Source of the DNA: Utricularia gibba
Lineage: Eukaryota; Plantae; Magnoliophyta
DNA length: 64,000 bases
NCBI GenBank assembly: GCA_002189035.1
Contig: NEEC01000010.1
Coordinates: 3,038,001 to 3,102,000 of the forward strand
Direction: 5' to 3'
The position numbers were made by a program, and so were the translations under genes. This document shows, one piece after another, positions 37,388-49,200 of this stretch; positions within the stretch are counted from its first letter, which is position 1; each line of letters opens with the position of its first letter. A model generated the notes under the pieces. It worked only from the letters and a program-made list of their open reading frames with translations, was not told where the DNA came from and did no database searches.

Positions 37388-38223
37388 GCAGCATCATGTC
37401 TCTTGTTGTTGAATGATTATCAAGTGTTGCGCGATTGGTTACTGTTCAATTCCTGTATTGAAAGAGCTCGAATGTGAAGCTCGGGTTATTTATATATTTT
37501 CAATGTTTTATATTTCATAAAATGGCATAATCAAGTGCAATAGCATATTTATTGACGATGTAACACAACCGTATCATTAGGGTTAAATAATCATTTAAAT
37601 TATTTGTCTTGATCATTAGTTACTGTTCTAAGTATCTCTAATAAATAGGTTTTATAAAACACCAAAGAGGTGTTTGGCAAGTTAGTTTAATTGTTTAAAC
37701 ATTCATATGTTGATAACAATGTATGTTTGGTAGAAGATGAGTTTTGCTAAACAATTTAATTTATAAAGTATTTATTTGAAACACATTTTTCAAATATATA
37801 TATATCTATATATTTAAAATATATGCATCTAGCGAACTTTAATCTTAACCACATAATACATGCTTATCTGAATACAAATAACAAAAATATATTATTAATT
37901 ATACTATCCTACCAAATGCAACTTATCCAATGCAATTGTAGGGATTAACTCACCTTCTTCGTTGCCCATATTCTAGTGGGCTTAAATGAGATTCGTTGTT
38001 TTGAAGTTTGTTCCGAATCGATCGCGTTGCAACTCACACAAAGTAAGAATTTAGAGAAATGTAATTATGTTAATTATATAAATTATACATATAATCAGAC
38101 ACATGAAGGCGTAATATGGTTTTCTATCCATTTTAAGGAAAATAATATTTTTAAAGCTGATAATTCTTTCATTTAATTAATAAATCCGACCCTTATGAAC
38201 ACTTTGCATGCGGGAGTTGGAAG

Positions 38224-38249
38224 GTGGGTCTGACTTTTCTCCCACGTGC
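38224..38249 (+). promoter_or_regulatory. Pin-II copy 2 promoter module
   Basis: GTGGGTCTGACT at 38224-38235 (11/12 identical to copy 1) and CCCACGTGC at 38241-38249; TATAAATA near 38469. Confidence 0.5.
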
Positions 38250-38522
38250 TCCAAATTTGCAGATTACTTTTTTATTATTATTATTCTTATTTGACAAGGA
38301 AGGGTGTTCGTGTTCAGAATTCCCACCTTATTTCCATATTTTTAGTTTGAGTAGAATTTTCTACTAGTTTTATGACTTTTCAAATATGTATTTTCCACAT
38401 GGCCCAATAGAAGTCGGCCGCGTGCCGTAAATTTTGACTGGTCCGTACAAAGACAAGGGAGTTGCATGTATAAATACGTACGTTGGGAAGATCATCAATC
38501 CAGAGCATTCCGTTTACTAGCA

Positions 38523-38912
38523 ATGGCGTCTACCTCTGCACGTCTCGGATTGTGCGCTCTTCTCATTCTCGGTAATGCGCTACTTGCAGTTTAAATTTCT
38601 GCATACTTGAGTTTCTGTTTGATAGGACTGATTTCCGACGGCGTAATCGGCGGCGGACGCCCGGGGAAGAAAAACTAATGGAGTTTTTGGTTGTTGTGTT
38701 GGCGAGCAGCGATGTTCAGTCAGGAATTTGAAATGGCCGCAGCGCAAACGAGGAGGATCTGCCTGCAGTTTTGCTACGAGAATCTTGGGTACATGACTTG
38801 CCCCTCCACTGGACTCCAGAGGCGCCGGCCGTCTTGCAACTGCTGCCTGGCTCCTGAGCGCAGGTGCAGGATTTACAACACGACTGGCGACTTGCTCTGC
38901 TACGATACTTGA
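38523..38912 (+). CDS. Potato type II (I20) serine protease inhibitor, single domain, copy 2
   Basis: Exon 38523-38571, phase-1 intron ending in a tandem GAGCAG acceptor, exon about 38710-38912. Eight-Cys domain ICLQFCYENLGYMTCPSTGLQRRRPSCNCCLAPERRCRIYNTTGDLLCYDT. Confidence 0.9.
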
Positions 38913-39210
38913 GCAAGCACTCGCTCAGGATCGGTCCTCCATGCAACACAGCAATGGGGATCCTTGTTATTGATTAAATAAATTGAAGAAACAATAAAGT
39001 GTCTGTGTGTTCTCATTCTCTCCCGCCGTGTTTGAAGCTTGAATCTCAAGTTCATCTGCTAGTTTCTTTAGCGCCTGCACTGTTTCCTAAAACAGTCTCA
39101 GACTCAAATCATGACACGCACCACGAACTAAATCGATAGGATGGAATCATTTTTTGGTACACAGAAACGTAAACAATGTTGCTGGGATGGTTTCTCTTTT
39201 TCGGTTTTTG

Positions 39211-39716
39211 CTATCTTTCGCCTCGTTGTTCGGGTGTTAACCCCCCTTTTCCGCAAACGGGGCAGCTCTTGAGGCCAAAGCCTTGGCATTCAAAGCACCT
39301 TTAAGTCACAGATTTCCATCAAAAGGCCAGTAAAAAGTAATCAAACTACGGAAAACAAATGAGTTGTCTGGTCTGCTACTTACTTCCATCTCTCGAAAAT
39401 ATTCCCATTCTTCTTGTTCTTTCCAGTGCCCTTGCATCCCGGGCACTCGATTGCACCTTGGCCCTTGCACTTCTGGCACTTTCCACTTATCTGCGCTCAC
39501 AGATAATCAGTTATGCAGACAAAAATTGAGTGCTCCGGCGGGCGAACGTACTGATAAACCCGGAGATCGCGATGACTGAGGCTTCAGTCTCATGCTTCTG
39601 CTGCTTTGTGGGGCTCCCCCATTTGGTGATGAGTTGATAACAAAATGACGGTGGAGAATCAAGAACCCACCGGCACCGTCTGATAAACACAACGGCGGCG
39701 TGGCTGTCGGCTTCAT
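39211..39716 (-). CDS. DnaJ-like cysteine-rich zinc-finger protein (no J domain), probably plastid-targeted
   Basis: Not visible as one ORF in the track. Exons 39716-39552, 39490-39384 and 39298-39211 splice in frame to ..ISGKCQKCKGQGAIECPGCKGTGKNKKNGNIFERWKCFECQGFGLKSCPVCGKGGLTPEQRGER*: four CxxCxGxG-type repeats after a Ser/Arg-rich N-terminus. Confidence 0.9.
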
Positions 39717-40423
39717 TGCTCGGGGATTTCTCAGAGCTTCTTCCCTTTTGCAGGTGAAGGAGATGCTTTGGATTAGATGAGACCGTACGTGTGGCTTACA
39801 ATTGTCCCTTATTTCAATATCATCAATTTTCACGAAGAAATACATTGTTTTACACAATATAAATTTAATTATATAAATTAATATTTAATTTTAAAATTAA
39901 AATAAAATTATTTTAGATATTCAATATTCTTTTATCACTATAAACATGTGTATACTTAAAATTATATTTATGTAGATTTAAAATTTATTTATCAAATCTA
40001 ATTTTAATTAAAACCATATAATATGTATTTATTTGAAAATAATTATTAATTAAAATATTTTTGTACATCGTGAGCTTGGGCCACAGCGAGGATTTGAATT
40101 CTCAAGGGTAATCCTGTGGGCCGATGGATTGTCGGCCCATGGGTGTGATATTCCAATCCAAGGGAAAAAGTGGAAATAATTTAGAAAAATAAAAAAAAGA
40201 AAATTGCGTTTGTCGCGGTCTGGTGCGCAGTATCAGCTTGGCACGGGAAAACGGCATTGGGAAGCGATCAACGCAGAGATAGATGGCGTTGTGCTCCTAA
40301 ATATGGTGATTGGGTTGGTCCTCCTCACACTCGACTGACGCCATTGTATCTCTGGGACGCGATACCGCATCACTTCTCCTCGCGTTCAGTGTTCTCTCTG
40401 AATACAGTGCGACTTGGGTGAAA

Positions 40424-43400
40424 ATGGCGACATTATCCACCGGCGCGGCGGTGGTGGCGCACCCATGTTGCCCCTCAAGGATTATGGCTTTTGTGGGTAG
40501 AAATCCGAAATCAAGAATTTTCTTCTTGACAGTGAAACCGTCGTTCTGCATTAGATGCGTTTCTAGTGATGGGACTCACAAAGGACCGAATCCCATTTGT
40601 GGAAAAGGTTGGATCATTGTTCTTTTTGCCTTTTGTGTGTTTTCGGTTGCAAAGGTGATGAACTCTTTTCAGGGATTTAAGATCGATTGTTATTATTCTG
40701 ATGTTTTGTGTAGTGGACGCTGATTCTGTTGCGGCGAGCATTAAAAACCATTTGGAGTTGACGCCCTTGTTCTCTCATCATGATTTTGGGCCTGGCAAAG
40801 CTTTCTTTGCCACTGCGCAAAGCGTGCGTGATTTACTTATTTCTAACTGGAACGCCACCTATGATGCTTATGACAAGATGAACGTGAAACAGGCTTACTA
40901 TTTATCGATGGAGTTCTTACAGGTTTGCTCTTCTCGATGAGTAGATGTGACTGCGTGCTTCTACTTTTTTTTTTTTTTTTGTTTCTTATGAACGCTGTTC
41001 GATTTCAGGGCAGAGCATTGTTAAACGCAATCGGTAACTTGGAACTCACTGGGGAATACGCAGAGGCTTTGAAAAAACTTGGTCACAGTCTGGAAACTGT
41101 TGCCTCTCAGGTCATTTTTTCATTATATTCACGAGTTTTGGAATGTGAAATAGGCTCTTCGTGAGAATTTTGATGTAGTTGATTATGAAAATTTCACATT
41201 ATATCCTTTGCATTCAGTAAGTATTTAAACTTGTTTTTTATTTTAACAGGAGATGGATGCCGCTCTTGGTAATGGAGGCCTTGGTAGACTGGCCTCCTGT
41301 TTTCTTGATTCGCTGGCGACTCTGAATTATCCAGCCTGGGGATATGGGCTTAGGTACAAGTATGGATTATTTAAGCAGAAAATTACAAAAGATGGCCAAG
41401 AGGAGGTTGCTGAAAATTGGCTAGATGTATGACTTCTCATAATTGTTTTATTCACTGTCGTAACATTACCTTTGGTATTCTTGTTTTTACCTATGTATCT
41501 TGAGCTGCTTTCATTATCTGAAACAGAGCAATTTTGCATTTATTTTCTTTATCATTTCTCACACGATTGCTTTCTCTTCAGATTGGTAATCCATGGGAGA
41601 TTGCCAGAAATGATGTCTTTTACCCTGTGAAGTTTTTTGGCAAAGTTGTGGTTGGTTCTGAGGGAAAGAGCCACTGGGTTGGTGGTGAAGATGTAGTGGC
41701 CGTTGCTCATGATGTACCAATTCCAGGATATAGAACTAAAACCACAATAAATCTTAGGTTGTGGTCGACGAGGGTGCGGTCCGACCAATTTGATTTGCAT
41801 TCATTCAATGCTGGGGAGCATGGCAAAGCCTGTCAGGCCCAAGAAGATGCAGAAAAAGTGAGTTTATGTGTTTTTTCTTCTGTCAGTTATATTCATGTGC
41901 AAATGCATTTGCACGTGGTATGTGAAGGAATAATTTTATGTATAACTGATCTCAATATTCTGTTGCTAACTGCATGTTTTTCATATTGCACTTGATTTTT
42001 CTTTTTCAATCATACAAAAATGTGGTGCTACCTTAATGTGGTCTCTGGTTCAGATATGTTTTGTGCTGTACCCTGGAGATTCATCCGAAGAGGGGAAAAT
42101 TCTTCGTCTAAAGCAACAGTATACACTATGTTCAGCTTCCCTCCAAGATATTGTCGCACGTTTTGAAAGGAGATCCGGTGGAAGTGTGCACTGGGACAAG
42201 TTTCCTGAGAAAGTTGCTGTTCAGATGAACGATACACACCCAACTTTATGTATCCCTGAATTGATGAGAATTTTGGTCGATCTGAAGGGCGTCAGCTGGG
42301 AAGTAGCTTGGCAGATTACGCAGAGGTATCTTATAGCTGCTTTGGGATGTCTTCCCAGTTTGCCATTCGCGTGCAATATTCATTACAGAAGTTTGCTGTT
42401 GTTTTTCATAGATGACACTGGTTTGCTTTGAAATTGGTTCTGTGCCTAGAGTAATTACATGAACACTCTGTGGCTTCCAGAACAGTGGCATACACGAATC
42501 ACACAGTTCTGCCTGAGGCCCTGGAGAAATGGAGCTATGCTCTAATGCAGCGCCTACTTCCTCGACACATTGAGATTATTGAGAGAATTGAAGAGCAGGT
42601 GCGCATGACTGTGAAATTCACCTTGGCAACTTTTTTTATAGTTATAGCTGCTTGACTGATTCTCTGTCTCGCTCATCTTTCAGCTGATTGAAGAAATAGT
42701 ATCTGAATATGGCACTTCACAACCTGAAGTGCTGAAAAAAAAACTAGCAACAATGAGAATTTTGGAGAATTTTGAGCCCCCTGCATCTGTTGCTAAATTG
42801 ATCATCAAACCTGCTGACGTTGTTGATGAAAAAGTCCAAGATGGTGATGTTAAAACTCGAGATCCCGAAAAAACCAAAGGTGGTGAAGCGGCCAAGAAGC
42901 AAAAACCAGCAAAACAGGAGCCTCCAAAGATGGTGCGGATGGCTAACCTCTGTGTTGTAGGTGGTCATGCAGTGAATGGCGTTGCTGAGATCCACAGTGA
43001 TATCGTTAAGAACGAAGTGTTTAACGACTTTTATCAGGTACGCCTTCATGGGAATTCAGTTGCTGCTTCCTAAGCAAGCAAAAAAAGAAAACTTCAAATC
43101 TTATCATTTGATCTGTGCAGCTATGGCCTAAGAAGTTTACAAACAAAACAAATGGAGTAACACCTAGAAGATGGATTCTTTTCTGCAACCCCCAGCTGAG
43201 TGACGTGATCACAAAATGGATCGGGACGGATGAGTGGGTTCTTAGACCTGAGAAACTGGCTGAACTGCGGAAGGTAGAGCAGATGGCCATATCATCTCCG
43301 GCCGGTCGAGACTTTGCTCCTTTTTTGTGCTCTTTCTGCCACTGAATCCGTTAAGTAGACTTGTGAATTTAACTGGCAGTTTGCTGACAATGAGGATCTC

Positions 43401-44708
43401 CATAAGGAGTGGTTGGCAGCAAAGAGGAGCAACAAGATCAAGGTTGCATCACTCATCAAAGAAAGAACTGGATATTCCATCAGCCCTGATGTCATGTTTG
43501 ACATTCAGGTCCCTTTCTCCTCCTTGGTTGGCTTACCTTCTCTGGAATGGCTTGCGGTATCATGGCCCCTTGCAGGTGAAGCGCATTCATGAGTACAAGC
43601 GGCAGCTGCTGAACATCCTGGGAATTGTCTATCGCTATAAGAAAATGAAAGAAATGTCAGCAGCAGAGAGGAACGCCAGATTCGCTCCTCGAGTTTGCAT
43701 TTTCGGAGGCAAGGCATTCGCCACCTACGTGCAAGCCAAGAGAATCGTAAAGTTCATTACAGACGTCGGAGCAACGATAAATCATGACAACGATATTGGT
43801 GATCTTTTGAAGGTATGATTGCATTTCTCTTCCAAAGACTTATCTCAGGGTCTGCAAGAACTCTTTCGTTCCATGCTCTGGTCCATTCATCTCTGTAGGT
43901 CGTGTTCGTCCCGGATTACAATGTCAGCGTCGCCGAACTGCTCATCCCTGCCAGCGAACTCTCGCAGCATATCAGGTAACATGAGTCACTGTAGTATTCA
44001 TAGTTTTCCCTTGCTGGGTGGTGCTTTATTTCCATCCCAACTTTCAGCACTGCTGGAATGGAGGCCAGTGGAACAAGCAACATGAAGTTCGCGATGAACG
44101 GCTGCATCCTAATCGGCACCCTCGACGGTGCTAATGTAGAAATCCGAGAGGAGGTTGGAGAGGATAACTTCTTCCTGTTTGGCGCTCGAGCACATGAAAT
44201 AGCAGGACTCAGGAAAGAAAGAGCCGAAGGCAAGGTTAGGACTCTTCCACGCATTCCCTTTTTTTTTTCCTTCAAATTCTTCCGCCGCCGCTCGATTTCT
44301 TTCTCCGTGCAGTTCGTACCAGATGAGCGATTCGAAGAAGTGAAGAAATTCATCAGGAGCGGCGCATTCGGCCCCACCTCCTACGATGAGCTCATGGGAT
44401 CCCTAGAAGGAAACGAGGGGTTCGGGCGCGCCGACTACTTTCTGGTCGGGAAGGACTTCCCCAGCTACATCGAATCCCAAGAGAAGGTCGACGAGGCCTA
44501 TCGAGATCAGAAGGTGACCGACTGACTCTATTCACCCCCATTCCATCAGGAAGCTGTGTAGCTTTAATGGCTGTTTCGTGCCCTTCTGCAGAGATGGACG
44601 AGGATGTCGATACTGAACACAGCGGGCTCCTACAAGTTCAGCAGCGACAGAACAATCCATGAGTACGCCACCGGCATCTGGAACATTCATCCCGTTGAGA
44701 TCAAATGA
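40424..44708 (+). CDS. PHS1: Plastidial (L-type) alpha-1,4-glucan/starch phosphorylase
   Basis: Transit peptide, [71 protein letters not shown], a central insertion, [22 protein letters not shown]-Lys motif [14 protein letters not shown]. All 15 exons checked in frame. Confidence 0.98.
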
Positions 44709-44931
44709 AGCGAGAACAGGTAGCGATCCCCCTGAATAAAGCCGCCGCCGGCAACTGTAATGCAGATGCATCTTCTTCTTCTTCAGTATGTGGGTGACAT
44801 TTAGTATTTCACAGTTTTGTAGGGGCAATAATATAATTTCCAATATTATTAGTAACCTCCTTCCCCCAGGCCATGGTTTTCCGTACCTTTTTTCGGGACA
44901 CGTCATCATCACCGCCGTTGCCCCACCTCGT

Positions 44932-45078
44932 ACGTACGTGATGTCCCCATGCATGCAGAAGTCAATGAGGTTGACTTCAACCAGCTTCAGTATTTATACC
45001 AAGAAAAACATGTTAACGTACGTGATGTCCCCATGCATGCAGAAGTGATTGGATTTTATCAATCAAAAACATGTTAAC
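44932..45078. repeat. Interleaved direct repeats (31 bp x2 and 14 bp x2)
   Basis: ACGTACGTGATGTCCCCATGCATGCAGAAGT at 44932-44962 and 45016-45046; AAAAACATGTTAAC at 45004-45017 and 45065-45078. Confidence 0.9.
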
Positions 45079-46219
45079 AAAAACACGACTAAATCAAAAA
45101 TAGATTTAATCTGTTTACATAATATATTTTTAATATTTTAAAATATAATTAAAAATTATTAAATTCGATTCAACACATTTTTTAAAACCATGGTATAGAC
45201 GCACTACTGTGTAGCCTTAGTCGATATTGTTCGTTTTGGAATGAATCTACTACGAGCACATGCCCCTAATTCACATTGTTTGTGATATAAAAACTTCCAC
45301 ATGAAGGATGCCATTGTTACCTTATAACACTTTGGTTAGTTTATCGCATTTTGACCGTAGGCCTTTCCTAAAATAGAAATAAGCTTTCTATTGGGTTAAG
45401 TGGTAGCTTCTGTGTGTCTGAAACATTTAAAATACATAGAAAATATTAGTACAACTGCAGGCAAATGAAGCTGCATGTAATAGCTGGCAAGCCCAAGTGA
45501 ACTAACTGAAATTAGGGTTCTAGAGATGTAATATTTGTAATAATTGCTGAGAATTCATGAATCGGGCTCGCGATGAGGTACAGCAGCATGGCCAGGTCCT
45601 GTAAGAAAAGTACAGTAAATTTTTCTGGCTCGGTAGATCGTGAAATTCACATTTTCTATTTTTACATTATTGCGGCTGTTGTATTGCATGTGTGCTGTTC
45701 AAGAAGTGGACCGTCATCTTTGGATATTTCGCTGCAAAAGAAGGTTGCGGAAGCCTCCATAGTAAGTTCAACATGCTTTTGAATTTCTGGGATGGCACAA
45801 AGGGTTATGGCCTGATGTAGGGTTTGCTTACAGCAAATCAGGGTTTTCTCGATCTCTCTGTGAGAGAGTTTTTCACCTTGGAGTTTCTTATATCACGCAT
45901 TAAATAGCTAATGGATGGTCGACTAAAGTCAAAAGCATAAAGGGTGTTTGCAGTGATAAAGGCAAAATCTAAGTATATGGCTTGGTTAGCTTAGCCTGGC
46001 TCGAGAACAACAAGATGTACAAAGAAGACATTTTTATTGAGCAGGAGGAGGCATCCAAGATACATGGTAAAAGTTTGAAGTTACATTATACTCACAGTCG
46101 ACCTTCAAAGCCTGGTGTGATTTCTTGATAGTACAAGTTTTGAGCATTAGATGAGTACTCCTTTGTGGTGGCTGGAAAAAGAGTGGTAATCCAAGAGCTC
46201 ATAGAATGAGTGGTCGGTG

Positions 46220-49200
46220 TCACATGTTTTGTCTACCATTCTTTCTGGGAAGGTTCTTTGTTCTTGCATTCTTGATCTTGTGTTGCTGCTGTTGGGAATC
46301 ACTCTGTACGCAAGTGTTGTGCGTAGTAGCCTGATTGTGAAACGAACCTCGTCTCACCCATTTTCTCTCGAGGGCCTCCTGGGGTGGTTTTTGTATGGAA
46401 GCATTTCTCTTCTTGAATTTCAAGGCTTTAGCAGTTATCATGTATTCATTCCTGGTATCAGGAATGGTGAAATCCGCAGGGTTCCTGTTGAGAACACAGA
46501 CTTGGGGCGCGCCATCATTGGGTGATGATGGTTGCTTTGGATTGTACTTTTCAATTGGCTGAAAGTCTCTAGATGGCGCTGGCATTTGAGCTGCAAACAT
46601 AAAAGAAAGGCTTCAATACAAATAAGAAGTTCCATATGAAAGCACCTTTCGCAGGGAAAAAGAAGGACCTGGTAAAGGAGCTCTGTTGAAACTTTCACCA
46701 GAAAATGGAGCGCCGTTGAGCGAGTGTGGGAGTTGCCTTGAGGGTGGAAACGGCGAGCCAATAAGCAGCTGGTTCTTGTTTTCAGCTGGTGTTAAACTCG
46801 GGGCTGGATGAGGGGAGAGGAAGGCTTATCAGAAAAACTACTATAACCACCCGGATATGGAGATCCATATGCATTTCTCAGATTCGTCAAAGACAGCAAC
46901 TGCATTGCTGGGATGTCAACATTGGAATAACCATCCAATACTCCAACAGAACTTGGGATCCTTCCTTCTTTCATGGCAGACGCATTGAGAAAACCTGTTT
47001 TCTCGATGACTACGTTCTTTCCCTTGCTGAATTGCTCAGGGAGTGGATGCAAAGGAACACTATTAGGAGGAACGGGGCAGTTCTGGCTAACAGTCACAAC
47101 GAAAGGCATGCTATTCCTCAATGGATGCCACTGTAAATCCGCTCTTTCAATGCTTCTTGGCCCTGATAAAACGGGATGGGGATCTAGATAGCCTGCATTG
47201 TACTGTTGGATTGGCACCAGAGGGGTAAAAAGCCTGAACTGGCTGGTCCCTGGATTGCTTGCATCAGACTGGAAATTTTTTCCATGGAAAAATTTCAAAA
47301 CACTCTGACCAAAGACCGGATTCTGGTTTGCGAAACTTGAGGCATTCTCCATGCTGCAAAAGGGAGTGTTGATCTGAACCCCATCCGCACAGAGAGCACG
47401 AGATCCTTCACTGGAACCAGTCATCTCCTTGGGAGAAAACTTCTGCCTCGAATTCTCGAGTGCTCTTTCTTGTTGATTTTTCGCAAGGAGCTCAACTATT
47501 TCCATAGGAATATCATCTACGGTTCCTCCAACCCCTGCAGCATTGTCTCTGCTTTGGACACTCCGCGACCGGGAGACATCACTGTTTCTTTTGCCTTCAA
47601 CAGCATTTGCTTCAGTCCCACTAAAGGACATATTCTGAAAAAAATGAGTAAATGTAAAATATTACTACAAATACAGCTAGAACAAGTTCTAGAGCTGCAT
47701 AATAGTGGAAAGAAAATCATGGAAGAGAGTATCTGCTTACCATAAACTTTTCATGGAATGAACCACTCTTCTGAATAGCAGATGGCAACAGGCTCTCTTG
47801 GTTCACGGTTGTTTTCTCGACAATCGACTCATTCAGATCTGGAATATCCCTGAGCTTCAAAAGCTTTCCATTAAGCAACTTCCTTTCAGCACCACTGCAG
47901 CTGCTTAGAGAGAGGTCTAACGGGACCTTTTCTTGATTGAAGCGCTGCCCTGACATGCCAGCATTCGTTGCCCTCCACAAGCCATCATGCATGGAAACAT
48001 CAGCAAACTTACTTTTTGAAAAGGTAACTGTTTCTCCTCTGATTGCAGAAGCATTTGGCGCTGTACAATCAAAACTAGAGTTAGAAGCTCGGAGATGTTT
48101 TCTTAAAGCGTCTGATCCTGCAGCATCTAACTCAGGCACATTTGGCAAAACCGTTCTTTTGTCAGCATCCACCTGCCTCTGCTTTCTGCTCTTATGGAAA
48201 ATTTTGTTCTTCTTGTGCTTAACTCGCTTAAAATCTGAGGCAACTGGCATACACAATCTTTCTGATGGAACTATTTCAGTTTCTGAATCAGAAATTTCTA
48301 CTCTCCGACCACTTTTCTGAGGATGCACATCCACTTTCAATCTTTTAGCTTCCCCCATAGGACAACTTGAATCCAAATTTTCTCGCCTGTTTTCCCAAGC
48401 CATCCATTTTTTTCTATGAGGATTTTGCAAGCCTTCTCTATCCTTTTGAAGGAACTCTAACTTAGCATCAGCTTCAGCCGTCATCGCTGTGACATGTGTT
48501 TCATTGTATGATGCATGCCTGTTTATCAGATGCCCAATTGCTGATTTTTTTTCCACCTCCATTATATCAGCTAGAGAACGCAGCTTCTTTTTTTTTCGAG
48601 TAAGTAGTGGAACAAATCCATCACTGCTTCCGGATGATCCATCACCTGGTCCTTCAGCTCTCGTGAAAGGGCACTCTGAACAGCATGCAAGAAGTATTTC
48701 ATTCTTACCGGAATACTCAAAGGGCTTCAAGAAAAAAAAAATGATCAAGTTACCTTTAGAGAAATTGGGGAGTTGCCGATTCCAGAATCGAACATTTCCA
48801 TACGGATGCCCACCTTTGGAAATCCCCACAACTCCTCGTTCATTATTTCCTGCACAAACTTTCCAAGATTCACTACCAAGCATGTGAGAAATGATCAGCC
48901 GGAACAAAATAGTCTCCCCAGAAGGTAATGCATCACAGATTCTAACAGACTCCATGATTATACAAAGTGCAGTAACAGCATAGTACATACCGTTGCCTTT
49001 TGTAATCGATAACATAAAACAGCATTTATCTTCAGCAACGGTTTTCTGCGAACTAGTTCCAGCAATATCATTCTGGTTTTCAGCAGCCATATCTGAACCA
49101 TTCTTCTCAGTGGTGTTTTCTGGAATACAATGTGAACACTGCCACCAACGGAATTTGGGAGCTGATAATGGAGGTAGATTGTATACTGAGCCATCAGTAT

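Noticed and set aside
37667-37920. Possible Tourist-like MITE between the Pin-II copies (GGTGTTTGG start; TTTGGTAG/CTACCAAA inverted core)
   Set aside because: Only an 8-bp inverted core and no convincing TAA/TTA TSD, so it cannot be supported as a feature.
41201-41209. ATATCCTTT and GTATCCTTT (also about 35564), U12-type donor-like motifs
   Set aside because: Both lie inside ordinary U2 introns, not at exon boundaries.
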